From assembly GCA_002633005.1 (NCBI GenBank), contig NMRA01000004.1, positions 1,420,799 to 1,484,798 of the forward strand: a stretch of DNA of 64,000 nucleotides, written 5' to 3'. Position numbers and translations under genes: made by a program. Below the pieces are notes generated by a model, which searched no databases, was not told where the DNA came from, and saw nothing but the letters and a program-made list of their open reading frames with translations. Numbering within the stretch: position 1 is the first letter of the stretch; each line of letters begins with the position of its first letter. This DNA comes from Phoronis australis (lineage: Eukaryota; Animalia; Phoronida). Below, piece after piece: positions 38,697-51,108 of the stretch.

Positions 38697-41600
38697 AAAC
38701 AGATGGTTTATGCCTTGGACTTACGAAACGTCATTGACTGATATAACTTTCTCACGACTGCTTTCCCACGAAGCGGATTACTTTTTTACAAAATTCCGCA
38801 CCAAAGGGTTCATCAGTAACTTCGTAAGGTCGAAAGTATACAAACGGTTGCTCTTTCCAAATACCAAATCTTCAGCATTTTTACTACTGTCTACAAGTGG
38901 GCTTACATATCCAACTTTTTGCATATATAATCACGATAAAATGGTATCACTTCTTGTAATGTTCCAGGCTTTTATGTCCAGAAATCCTTAAGAAACATGG
39001 AACATGCCCAACCGTGGTGTTTCTAAACAAAACCCGACCAAAGAGTGACTTTTCATGGATACTCCGTTCGTATGGGTTCTTTTTCATGTGTACTCTCCAA
39101 ATGGATGGGTATCTTTATTTTCAAGCTGCACCCTCGAACAGCCAAAAATACAGCCGAGTGCCCCCCGGGACCAAACTGATGTAGCGAACTACATTATGGG
39201 AAGATTTTAGGCCTACTGCTTCATATGAGCAAGATAATACGTCTTAGCATTGGTTGGTGTAGGACACGCATTTTCCCAGTTTCGCAGCAAGTGAAACCTA
39301 AAACCTTAACCCAACTAAATTTTCAATCGCCAAACCAATACATTTAGGAAACGATCATAAGTTACATTTACTAGTCATTAAAATCCTGGCGGAAATTTGG
39401 AACTCACCAAAGGTCAAAGTACAACTGACACGCCCTGGCATTTGGGCTTGAGTTTTGGTCACAAAAACAGGTGTTGATGCACTTCATCAGACTTGGTCTA
39501 CTGACTTGAATATTTTCACGTTTTTAATCATTTTTGTTATGTTTTTTTTCATTTTGACCTTTCTTTTTTAGCTTTGTCTGCATGGAGACAAGATCAAACA
39601 AAATAGCCTTTTTTCACATTTCCTCGAAAAAGTAACAAATTGTGTCCTCGTCCTAGAAATTTTTGGAATACCTGATTAACATACAGTACCATACTCAGAC
39701 TAAACATTGCCACAAAAATTACAATAAAAGATGACAATAATATTTTTTAAATTATTTTCATAGAATGTTCTTAGCAAACCATAACCAGTTCACTTGAAGT
39801 GATTCAAATTAAGTAATTTTGACACAAAGGTCATACTTAGAGGAACATTAAACCTATATTAATTGTTTATTCAAAGAACAAAATGCCCTGTAACACCCCA
39901 CTGTTGTTCAGAATGTCCAAGCCAACTTTGGCATCTTGATAAACAAGCTGGGGAACGGAGGAAATGGGACTAAATGTTCTTTCACACCCGGTTACTTCTT
40001 AACAAAATTTTCCAAAAATGGACAAATAACCAGCGAGAACCCAAGAACAATGTGGGGCATTTGTGTTCTCAGCCTGATTTCGAAAACGAGAAAAAAATCA
40101 GCAAGAACTGACTAAGGGTTGTGGAAACTAGGTGAGAACTGTAAATCTCAAGCCAGTCGCACCAACATGTTATGGCAGGTGCAGACATTCTGAGAACAGA
40201 TTTGGTGCGGCAGGGCCTTTTAAAATGAGTTTGATGTCATCTAAGACATTCGGTTGCATTGTCTTGTTACTCCACCTTTCGCCAAACAAGGATATGTACC
40301 AGAAATTCAAATACATGTGCATCGCAGCCACCAAATTAAAATTGAGGCTAAACAATGACTCCGTCCATGAACTGACTCCATCCAATTTAAAGGTGGCTTT
40401 GGTGTTGGACAATTACATTTTATGGCAACCTCCTGAGATTAGGTCTGGAGCAAAACCAAAACCGAATTGTCAGTTTTCCACAATACCAGAAATCCCTTCC
40501 AATCTCAGTAAGGAACAAGTAGAGGTCAGTTTTATCAGGGTTACTGGTCTGAATCAAAGTAAACGGGGATTTATGGTAGCTTTAAAACTTTGCAATAAAA
40601 TAAACCTCTTCAGCAAAGCCAGCCCTAAGAAAATTTCAAGTACCTTACAGAACTGCCATGTAAAACTGACAATGAATTCCCAGTGAGATAATAGTTGCAT
40701 GAATAGACTTTTTATAGCTAATAAGTTGACAACAAACAACTACCTGTAGATATTTTCCTCTATCATTAGCTAAAAACATTTCCTCTTCAGCAATTCATGC
40801 AAATCATCAATATCACCATCTTAGTTGTAATTAGAACGAAACCAAACTTTATTGTTTGAAACCAATTTTATTGCAAATGACATAATTTGAGAGTTGGCCA
40901 ACAGGTGAACCGAAAAAACAAATTCATAAATGAGGATGCTGTACAAAAAGCAGTAGCTTCACAAAAAGTTAGCAAAATATCTCCTCGTTGAAAATCATTG
41001 AAATTTCGAAGCAAAAACGTTGGGCTAAATTTCACGTGATTTACCCTTATGGTAATTCTTCAAACAAGGCACAATATGGCTGCCGATTGAAATTTTATTT
41101 TATCAAATTTCTGCATAGAAATAAGGATTTTTAAAAACTTTTTTAGTCGGTCACTAAGCATGGATGGTATTGTCACAACACAACATTTGGTAATTAAAAG
41201 TTCCCATAATTTGCAGCGACATAATCAGCCTTTGAAAAATGGAAAAATGTTAATTTTTAGAAATTATTTTTGTGTAAAATTATTTGAGAATTAGAGTGCT
41301 TGTCATCTGGTTTACTTTTGGCTTTTTGCCATAACTTCGACCAAGCCTGATGATTTCCAACGAAATTTGCCAACTTTTTTGAACACAAGTTATAAATATA
41401 CACAAGACTTACAAGCCTTCTTACTAATGATTGCTACTTAAATTTACCCTGTGTTCAGGCCTGCATTTGATGTAGCACATAGCGCAGTGTCTCTTCACAG
41501 TTTTCCACCTCATAGCGAAGATAATGCAGCTAAACTTCTATAAATCAGCGATTTTAAAATATTCTCAGCAGTCACTCATTCATAAGCATTCAATCCCTTC

Positions 41601-42407
41601 ATGATTGGCCATTAGTGGGGAATGAACCATTTTGATATTTCGTCTAGCAAAATTGCGGATTCCTGGTTACCTTGGAGATGTATTTTCCTGTGTTACTTAC
41701 TGCTCTCTTTTAAAAAATAACAAAATAAAGCTGCAGGCTTACGCCACATTGTGCGGTAAATATGTAACATTCATACCATCAGCACATGTGCCGATAATCA
41801 GACTTATCAGACATTCACAAGGAAATTCAAGTAATCATAGCCAAGAGAAATGTGAAAAACTACAATGAAAAACAAATATCTGGTCTTCAGTTGTACTTAA
41901 AGGTGTACACAAACACGTGTCAAGAATCTAATTCAACCCAGAATAACTTTATCAGTGATTACACATTGAGAGCTGTACTACCATCCTTGTCTTTCTCTGG
42001 GCGCTGTTCTAAAAGCTTTAACCCAGGTTATAATTGCCTTGTTACCAGAGGTCACTGATATCTGACACCAGTCTATTTTGTTAAACTCAAAGGTCTTGTC
42101 CCTCGTACAGCTCACTCAAACAAGTGTTTACTGCAGAGGACCCACAAAGTAATATTACTGCAGGCAAGTATTAAGTGCCCAGCGAAGGCATTCTCACAAG
42201 TGTATGGTAGGACGTGCGGTGAAATTGCATCTCTGCTAAGCAAAAATCCCTGAGCAAGGGTGGGTGCATATTTTATAAAAAACAACCTTATACTAGGTTA
42301 CCTTATCTGCCAAGAAAAACAATGATTGAATTCAAAAGGTCAATGAAAAAAGAACCATGGCAATGCCTGCTTTTGGAAATGACAGCAGGTACCCACATTT
42401 TCAGAAA

Positions 42408-42483
42408 AAACGTTTACAACAAGGTATAGTGAAGACATGTCAAACGTTTACAACAAGGTATAGTGAAGACATGTCAAACGTTT
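42408..42483. repeat. 34-bp perfect tandem duplication in the presumptive DHX29 3' UTR
   Basis: AAACGTTTACAACAAGGTATAGTGAAGACATGTC x2.2. Confidence 0.9.
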
Positions 42484-42732
42484 GTGGGCACAGTTATTTT
42501 CATCAAAAGCACGTCAAAAACACCTGGTACTTCCTCATATATAGCTTGGCTGATAACAGACAATATAGACAACAGTCATTATAGACAATTGCTTACAAAT
42601 TTAGCTTCTAGCAAATGGTAGAAGTTAAAGGTACTGTTTCACAAATGGCTAGTCCATCCACAACATTGTATCTCCTTCTTCAATGTTTTTCAAGGTGATT
42701 TACAACCATTTGTCTGACTGAGTGTTTCCCAA

Positions 42733-42785
42733 TTAACTACATTCTTCACTGACTAGCTTAATGATGGCTTTCACAATGGGATCAT
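42733..42785 (-). CDS. DHX29: DHX29 terminal coding exon ([17 protein letters not shown])
   Basis: TTTCTTTACAG| acceptor, phase 1 matching the previous donor. Resembles the DHX29 C-terminal helix. Ends TAA. Not in the ORF track. Confidence 0.82.
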
Positions 42786-42898
42786 CTGTAAAGAAAATAC
42801 AAACTGTAATTTTGTGATTGCATTTCAAATAACCAATAATGTTTCCTCATTCTAACCTTCAGTAATCCATCACAGACACAATGTAAAGCAGGTAGGCA

Positions 42899-42923
42899 CA
42901 CAGACAGAAAAACATAGTCAGGC

Positions 42924-42976
<53 letters not shown>

Positions 42977-43190
42977 CATACACACACAAGCAGGAGACAG
43001 ACAGCAAAAAGGAGACAAACAGTCAGACAGACAGACAGACAAGCAGGCAGACACTCAGAAGGAAACAGAATGGGAGAGAGATGGACAGACAGTCAGAAAG
43101 ACAGAGAGGCACACAGAGTGTCAAACCCTGTAAGACAGACAGACAATCACAGACGGATAAACATAATGACAGACAGACAGACAGACAGAC

Positions 43191-43268
<78 letters not shown>

Positions 43269-43309
43269 TGATGAATTGGATAACGGACACACAGACTGAC
43301 TGACAGACT
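42899..43309. repeat. (CAGA)n microsatellite array with degenerate interruptions
   Basis: Pure runs at about 42923-42975 and 43168-43265. Confidence 0.95.
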
Positions 43310-44112
43310 AAAAGATGAACAGAGCAGTGATAATGAAAACACCTCAAACCCTACTTTTCTTCGTTGAAGACACAAAATGTAAATCAATATATTCTCACCA
43401 CGATAAAAATTTACTGAGTATAATAAATAATACAAAAAATTATTTGGTAATAATATACAGATCATCAGTACAATTTGAAATGCATTATCTTGGAATGCAA
43501 GTCAGCTGTAAAATAATCCAGGGTATGTAATGACTATAAACTATGCTTATGGTAAATTTTTTTCAAATTACAACACAATATGGCGGAACACTGAAATTTT
43601 ATTTCGTCAAAATTTTCGACAAGAGTAAACGATAAGACAATTTTACTTGAAAATTTTATACAGTACAGGTACCATCTGCCATCAAGTATATAAAAATCTG
43701 GATATTTCTGGCGACACACTGAGCATGTGAAAAATGCAAAATTTACAATTTTGTCCATTATTTGAATTTGAATTTAAGGAAACTTTACCGTATTCACCGC
43801 AACTCAATGGAATTTTTACAACTACAGACTAAGGCGTGACAGGCAGATTTGGTGTCCAGGTTCCTGCTAAGTTGCCATAAATTGAACAATATTTATAATC
43901 AGCATAATGTCAATGACAAGCGGTAGACTACACAAACAATGGAAAAAACCCGTACTGACATGTTTGTGAGAAAAAGATCCACCCACACAAGAGTCACTGA
44001 AGGAATGAGTTACTGTATAGCACACAAATGGAAATCATGGTATGACTTAAGTGATGAAACTAGTGGCGACTGCTAAAAATACACAAAAATTTAGTCAAAT
44101 ACTGGAACTTGC

Positions 44113-44710
44113 TTACTTGAGTAAGCGACGTTGCGTTTGTCTCTCATAGACTGCAGCTTGGCTAGTGGTGTTATTATCATTCTGGCCAATAGGTGGCATT
44201 ATAACCAGCCGACACGGCATCAAGGTCGGGACACTATCCCATAAGTGTGACAGATGGAACCTTAACCCACCTTGTGTATTCAGAGAGGGGCTCTCGATAC
44301 GTTCGCGTAGAACTTCTTTGACACCCCTTCTGAACCAATCCTCCTCACAGTACACTCATGGATGGTGAAATTATAATTTATTAAAATTGTGTGATAAAAA
44401 AATAGCTGAGTCATATGCGTCCCCATAAATAGGATGAGGATGTTATGACATATGCATTTCTAAGGACTGTTTGGTTTCAGTATGTAGGTGTTTGAGCACT
44501 GGGGATCCTTACACTGAAAACCATAGACTACACATGATTTATTACCCTTGGGAGTCTTGTCTTTGGCTTTGGGGGGAAGTAAACGGCTTGTGAATGGTAG
44601 AAATGAAACATTGTTTAAATGTCCTCTTGAAGTGGTCAGACAGTCCCTGGACATAAGGTATCAACACACAATTAGGGGAATTCGCAATGGTGGTTGCCTG
44701 AGTGATGGCT
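44113..44710 (-). mobile_element. Penelope-like retroelement 3' fragment (GIY-YIG endonuclease), frameshifted
   Basis: VLIPYVQGLSDHFKR / KDKTPKGNKSCVVYGFQCKDPQCSNTYI / CEEDWFRRGVKE...PSLNTQGGLRFHL. Confidence 0.88.
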
Positions 44711-44714
44711 GTCC

Positions 44715-46347
44715 TTAACATGACCAACGTGGAGAGTTGAAATGCGCCCACGATAGCACCGCAAACCGTATACTTCTATGGGTGTCTTTAGCAACATAAA
44801 AATGGCCATTAGATGGGGCAGAATGGGTCAAACCCATCCGACTTGAGAAGGTGGCATTGTCTCAGTAAAACTCATCATCTGGTGCCATCTCTATAGAAGC
44901 CCATCTGCCAAATTTCGCAAAGATCCTTCAAAGGGTTAAGGTGATACCGCCGTAGATGCAAAAAAGCAAAATTGCCCCTAAGGGACACCACAATAGTCAA
45001 AAACACCCGAAAATCAACATCAGCCAGGGTCTTCGCATCAGAAATACAACTGTCAATTTTTGTAAAGGTCCTTTGAATGGTTTGACAGATAGATAGGCAG
45101 AAGTCAAAAACATATGCAAATGGTCACCAGGTGGCACGGAAAACATCAAATCTGCCCAAAAATGGAATGGCGTTGTCCTCACCTTAATAGAAACCTATTT
45201 GATGAATTTCATGGAAATACATTCATGATCTGCAAAGATACAGACTGACGTAAACGGAAAAAATATTTCGCCAGTAGGGGGCACAGTGGTATTTGGATTA
45301 GTTCAACATTTAGTTACCGTTGGTCGTTGGCTCCATAGGAACACATCTTTCAAATGTCATAAAGCTCCCTCAAAGGGTTAAGGAGATCCGGCCCAGTGCA
45401 AAAAAAGACAAAATCACCACTAAGGGGCCACATAGTAGTCGGACCCGTCCGAGAGTCAACTTCTCATCAGGAACACATCTGCAAAATATTCTTATTAAAT
45501 GATCCTTTAAGCGGTATTGCAGATAGAGGAGTTGACGCCAGAAGAAAGACACAAAAATTACAAAAATGGCCACCAGGTGGAGCAGAAAACATCAGATCTA
45601 TCTGAAAATGTGAAGGCGTTGTTGTCTCTTTAATAGAAACCTATTTACCGAATCTCATGAAACTACATTACTGAAATCCAAAGATACAGAGGCAATATAA
45701 ATATAAAAAACATTTTACTATTAGGGAGCGCAGTTGTATCTGGACCAGTTCGACACTTGTAACCGTTTGTCGACGACTCCATAGGAATACATCTTTCAAA
45801 CGTCACAAAACTCTTTCAAAGGTTTAAAGGATATTCGGCCACAGATGCAAAAGAACAAAATCGCCACTAGGGTAGGACACAGTAGTTGGGCCTGTCCGAA
45901 AGTCGACATCAATCCTGGCCTTCTCATCAGCAACACATCTAAATTTTTATAATGATCCTTTGAGCGGTATGGCAGATAGAAAGGCAGATGCTAGAAAACG
46001 GATGCAATTATAACAAAATGTCTACAAGGAGGCGTAAAATTTGTCAAATCTGTCCGAAAATGGAATGGTATTATTGCCTCCGTATGAAAACCATATTTGC
46101 CAAATTTCATGAAAATCTGCCAAGGAACTCTGAAGATACAAAGGCAAACGTAAAAAAATAAAATTGCCACTAAGGGGCGTAGCAGTATTCAGGGCGATCC
46201 GAAACTTGTCGTCACCTGTTGTCACCCACATCGGAACACACCTGCCAAATTTCAATAAGATCCTGCAAGGGGTTTAGGAGATACAGCCGCAGATGCCAGA
46301 CGCCCAGACAGAGATGACGGCAATATGCGACCACATTATAAATATGC
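44715..46347 (+). mobile_element. Helentron-like non-autonomous element (HINE-type) with an internal ~445-bp tandem array of ~150-bp subunits
   Basis: Anchor CAAAGGGTTAAGG at about 44929, 45371, 45817 and 46266. Inverted ATGCGCCCAC (44742) / GCGGGCGCAT (46336). 3' hairpin TATGCG...CGCATA. Confidence 0.65.
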
Positions 46348-46620
46348 GGGCGCATAAAATGCAAATGTCACAACATCGTCGCCCTGGTTACGGGGATACA
46401 TATGACTCGGCTATTTTTAGCCACCAAAGCATCACTGGACAGGATTTTAATGCTGATGATGTCACCATTTTTGACTGTGAGGAAGATTGGTTCAGAAGGT
46501 GTGTTAAAGAAGCACTCCACAAACGTATTGAGAGTCGCTCTCTGAATATGAATGAACAAGGTGGATTAAGATTTCATCTGTGACACTAATGGGATAGTAA
46601 TCTGATCCCGATGCTGCGTC
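46348..46620 (+). mobile_element. Penelope-like GIY-YIG fragment, inverted relative to 44113-44710
   Basis: MSQHRRPGYGDTYDSAIFSHQ...DCEEDWFRRCVKEALHKRIESRSLN...GGLRFHL. Nucleotide match to the reverse complement of about 44220-44460. Confidence 0.88.
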
Positions 46621-46629
46621 GATATTTTA

Positions 46630-46845
46630 AGTAAAAACTCAAAATTTCGAGTTCGGACTCGAACTCATAGCTTTAATGCTGTTATCATCAGGTGCAAACT
46701 ATGATAACAATCACCCAATGTAAACTGTAACATACTTGAGCACAGAAACATTTGACACTTGTCTTGATTTTGCATTAAAGTAGAGTGGGTGGAAAATTTA
46801 AAAAATAACTTCGAGTTTGATTTCGAGTACGGAGATTAGACCCCT
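46630..46845 (+). repeat. Partial copy of the MITE family at 59109-59452
   Basis: GTAAAAACTCAAAATTTC.AGTTC...TTAATGCTG...TCATCA.GTG.AAACT is shared. Confidence 0.65.
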
Positions 46846-47018
46846 CTATAATTCTAGTCACTGGTGAGTGAAGGTAAGATCAAATATTTAGAAAACTATT
46901 TCATTAACACATTGAAAACATAGCCACATTAAAAGCATACGTATATTAATGATGTGTAACACTCATATATTATATTAAGGCAGCAGTTTTAGGTAGAAGC
47001 CTCATGTTGGAGCTCTTA

Positions 47019-47499
47019 AGGTGACGTAACACCCTTATTATAAAAATGGCCAAATTTGGCTGATTTTCTAACATCAGGTGAAACTTTCAGATATTATGCT
47101 TTATGCCTTGTAATCAAAACAAACTTCTTAGGAATTGTTTTCACAAATGTTCCATTTTTGCATGAGGGCTATCAAAAATAAGACTTACAATTTTCATGAA
47201 AAATCTTTTAATTCGAATAAAACGAAAACCAAATATTTCAGAAAACTGTATCTTTGCTATCTCACCTTGAACACTTATATGAAATAAAATTTGATCGGGT
47301 GTACCTTTCTTTGTTGCTAAATTTCCCTAAAAAGACGTGGTCCCATGACCCAATTCATGTGACATTGGTAAAAGATCAAAAATCAAATTCTACAGACTTT
47401 CCACTTCAAGAAAATGAGTGCTTTTACTGAGTTAAAATATACAGTTTTCTAGATAGTTTGGTAAACGCACAGGAATTGTTGATAAGGTCCTACATAACC
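47019..47499 (+). mobile_element. MITE family A, copy 2
   Basis: Colinear with 595-1088; ends AAGGTCCTACATAACC. Confidence 0.75.
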
Positions 47500-47619
47500 A
47501 CTAAAAATGTGTTATATCTAAAAAACTGTGTATTTACGTAAAGGTAAAGACAACAATGAGTAGACACAAGACTAACACAACATTGTAATGTACAAAGAAT
47601 ATTGGAAAAGATTACCTAC

Positions 47620-47716
47620 CTGTAATACATATTGAGGGGTTCTCCAGTTTGCTTTGTAATAGATCTCGAATCAGGACTCTCAACTCTTTAAATAGAACCC
47701 CTGTTTTGGCAAACGC
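47620..47716 (-). CDS. DHX29: DHX29 exon (AFAKTGVLFKELRVLIRDLLQSKLENPSICIT)
   Basis: TTAG| acceptor, |GTAGGT donor, phases 0/1. FKELRVLI..KLENP signature. Not in the ORF track. Confidence 0.9.
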
Positions 47717-48261
47717 CTAATAGGAAGAATAAAGTTATGCTCAATCCGTTATATTCAATTGGAAATGCTTTATGTACGTCGCTTTCAATGCATAATCATG
47801 TCTTCTGTAATGATCATTGTCTGTAATTTATGATTTCTGGAAATGACATGAAAAATATGTATTTCAAAATTAACTTGAGGGGATCATTTTATCAAAGATC
47901 ATGTGGCAGATCGTACGAAAGAGGTGATTGCAAATGTGACGTGGCATGTTTTGATAACAATGAAACGTTGTGACTGACACAAATTGGACTACAGCCATAT
48001 TCCTAAACCACTTTTAATACACTTTTGTATACGTCAAGAAAAAAATTAAGAAGCCTTATGCGCCCATCTCCACCACAACACGACCTTTATTTAGAAACAT
48101 CAGAAGCAAAGGTTTGTTAAAATAATTTTTCGTACAAATAACTTCACAAAAGATTGTAATGCCCACCATTTACGTTAACGAGGGTTTAAATATTAAACAG
48201 ATTTATAATGAAAAAAATTAATGGTAAAACAGGGTACAGGAGCTATCCGGATCAAACTCAC

Positions 48262-48393
48262 CCTGAACTGAATCCAGCCATCAACAGATACGACCTTCTC
48301 CAGATGCTGAACATCAATTAATCCGCCAAACAACAGAAGAGGGTAGCCCGATATTAGCGTTGAGTCACGGATATAGACACGTGACAACTTGAC
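48262..48393 (-). CDS. DHX29: DHX29 exon, OB-fold (VKLSRVYIRDSTLISGYPLLLFGG...DGWIQFR)
   Basis: AG/GT boundaries, phases 0/0. Confidence 0.93.
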
Positions 48394-48897
48394 CTACAAG
48401 TTTAGTACAGATATAGAGCACAGTATGGAGTCACAACAGAATAATGTAACTAGAGCTACTGCAGTGTCAATTTATTTATTAATGACAGATCATAGATGAT
48501 ACTTATGTGTAAGATGACAATTTTCTTTATTAATGAAAATACTATTAAAGAGAACACTGGTTTCTGCCTATTCTGGGTTCCCAGAGTCTTCCAATAAGAG
48601 CGGGGTCTCTGTAAAGCATGAATCAGTAGAAGTGAGTGTTGTCTTCAATAGCACTTGCATTAAACAGTTCAAGTGCAAATCAAATGTTTCACTGCTAAAT
48701 GTACATATTGTTCATAGTTTTCCTGACTATTTATAGTGCTTTCATTTCTAAATTGAAATTAGATTGAAATTCATATTTTTTTCATTTTGAAATCACAGCG
48801 CTAGGATTATAGTATCAAAACTAATTGTTGACTCGGGTGCTCTACGCAGACTGGGTGAGTTTCAATCACCTATTTTTGGGAAAAAGAATTGACAAAA

Positions 48898-49697
48898 CAG
48901 GGCTTGGTATGACAAATCACAAAAAAGAGGAAAAATTTCCAGGTAGTGTATCGCTCCATAAGGGCTGTTCCAGTAAAATCTGTATGGGAGGGGGGGAAAG
49001 GCACCTTTTTTCGCACCCACCACCCATATTTTTCATTTATTTCTTCAGTCTACCACCCGTAATTTTTTATAAGTTTGAAATGCAACCACCCGTAATTTTT
49101 TTTTTGTTCTTGTGGTTGACTGCACAGGCGCTTGAATTTATCTGTTCCTCCATCACCACTAACGTCATTCATTACTAAGAAAACATATGTTTCTTATATA
49201 TGGTTATTAGCCATCGAGAAATTCGAGTGTCTGTGGTTGACTGGTGTTATGGGCATGCTGATGGGGAGATCGGAGGGAGTGAAAAAGTCGGAGCTTTTTG
49301 CAAGTTGCATTTTTCTTTCCGTTTTTGATTCTGTGTGGATTGTTTATAAAATTTACTAAAATTACCCACCATCAAACATTTATGGTCCAATGAAACAACA
49401 ACGACCTGTAAATTTTTATTTTTTTGAAGTACGACCACCAGCCATTTTGAATTTAAATCAAACGCAACCACCCATAAATTTTTATTTCAGTTGCCTTCCC
49501 CCCTCCCACACAGATTTTGCTGGAACAGCCCTAAATAAATAGGCTTGTGAGATAGAAATATTTTTGTGTTGTAAAATTTAACTGAAATAAACGTTTTTGC
49601 ATGAATTAAGTCAAAAGAGGAAACTGGAAATCAAATAAGAGGAAATTGAAACGAAAACAGAGAAAATCCTCTTAATAGAGGAAAATTCCAAGCCTTG
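48898..49697. mobile_element. hAT-like MITE with 5-bp TSD (CAAAA), carrying a nested Harbinger MITE
   Basis: CAAAA|CAGGGCTTGG...CCAAGCCTTG|CAAAA. The right part recurs at 52610-52762. Confidence 0.75.
48962..49531. mobile_element. PIF/Harbinger (Tourist-like) MITE, TAA TSD, ~35-bp TIRs
   Basis: TAA|GGGCTGTTCCAGTAAAATCTGTATGGGAGGGGGG...CCCCCCTCCCACACAGATTTTGCTGGAACAGCCC|TAA. Confidence 0.88.
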
Positions 49698-49949
49698 CAA
49701 AACTGCTATTTTTCTGTTTAATGCTAATTGCCTTACAACAAATAATGGAAATTATCCCAAATGCAGTTTTACTACATCTACTCAGTACATGCCAAGCTAA
49801 TAAAAAAACCAAGTTTTTTACTCCGTATTTTTGTTCAGAAATTTGTGACAGAATGAAATTTCTCTTTTTCTCCCATATTGTGAGCTAAACAGGTGAAAAA
49901 ATTTAGCATAACATGAACAAATCAAATGTAAATATTTTGAAACACTGAC

Positions 49950-50330
49950 CTTCTCAAGGTATACGAGGTGACCATTGGCTCCCAAGAACCTGTTGACTGA
50001 GCTGGGATGGGCAGCTACAGGTCCTTGTGGTGTGTCCGCCACACACACAGTCTGTGTTGGATTGGCTGCAGCGTCCACTGGTTGAATGTAGCTTGTCCTA
50101 GCCACATTAGGGTAGAGTCCAGCAGTTAGCACCGCCTTGACCATGGCGACCTCTTGGGGCGATGGTTCAAGTTTCTGCTTTTTCGTCGTCTTGCTGATGT
50201 CTAAAACGTCCCGCGCTTTGATGACACCATCGCTGTTTGCAGCTGGGATGGATTTATGACTGCGTGCATCTGACGCTGGGTGTGAAAACCCGATGCTGCA
50301 CACAAGTTTGATGAGTTCGTCTTTGACACG
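49950..50330 (-). CDS. DHX29: DHX29 exon (RVKDELIKLV...KAVLTAGLYPNVA...HPSSVNR...LVYLEK)
   Basis: TTTAG| acceptor and |GTCAGT donor; 381 nt, phases 0/0. Confidence 0.93.
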
Positions 50331-51017
50331 CTAAAGTGAAGAAAACAGGTCAATCTTGATACAATCGCGTACGACACAAGACTTCCAATGAGTAGGACCC
50401 AATTCTAATCAGCACTAATGGGCACAAGGGTAATGGAATTCCAGGTAAGGGCGTATCAACAACTCCACTAGGTATTTTGCCCTCCCATGTTTCATCATGG
50501 GAGGGGTGCTTCCAGTTCCTGGTATTATAACGGGACGGTAAATGGAGGAAGTGATGAATAATGATTTAATTGTGTATTGTTGTTTTGAGTTGTGACGGCT
50601 CTAATGATGGTAAAATTGTGTGACAAAACCTAATTAATTATTGTGTAGTGAAGTGACAGTTTCAGTCACCCCTCCGCACACAATAGAACGCCAGCAGAAA
50701 CACAATGCCAATAAGGAGTCGTAAAACACAGCAGGGCGTCATTCTTACACTCTGATCACAACCAACTTTAAGTTGACATAAAACTTCTATGTTCTAACCC
50801 AGGACGAAAATTCAAAGTTCTACAACGTTAAATTCTTTGCAAGTAATCCAGTTATGAAATAATGCCAAGTCTTTTTATTGGCAGCCGATAGGTACATAGC
50901 TTATGACATGATTAGACATTTTACAGGCATGCGCAAACAACCTGTGAGGACAACTGAATTCAATGTGCAATCATGCCTCTGGCAAAACTTTGTTGTCACA
51001 TCAACAAGGCCACTTAC

Positions 51018-51108
51018 ATCAATGTCCAAAAGACTGGTTCTCTTCAAGAAGAATCGTTGACAGTACTTAAACTCAGCTTGTGTTCCCTCACACTTGGCTG
51101 CACGCCAC
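51018..51108 (-). CDS. DHX29: DHX29 exon (WRAAKCEGTQAEFKYCQRFFLKRTSLLDID)
   Basis: TTTCAG| acceptor and |GTAAGT donor; phases 2/0. Confidence 0.9.

Noticed and set aside
31065-42733. Functional link between DHX29 (scanning helicase) and the neighbour's uORF-containing leader
   Set aside because: Adjacency alone gives no evidence in an animal genome.
42782-43465. SVCL/TDRQ-repeat ORFs
   Set aside because: They are translations of the (CAGA)n microsatellite.
44100-44170. Hammerhead expected at the Penelope 3' end
   Set aside because: The catalytic core (CUGANGA/GAAA) is not intact on the minus strand.
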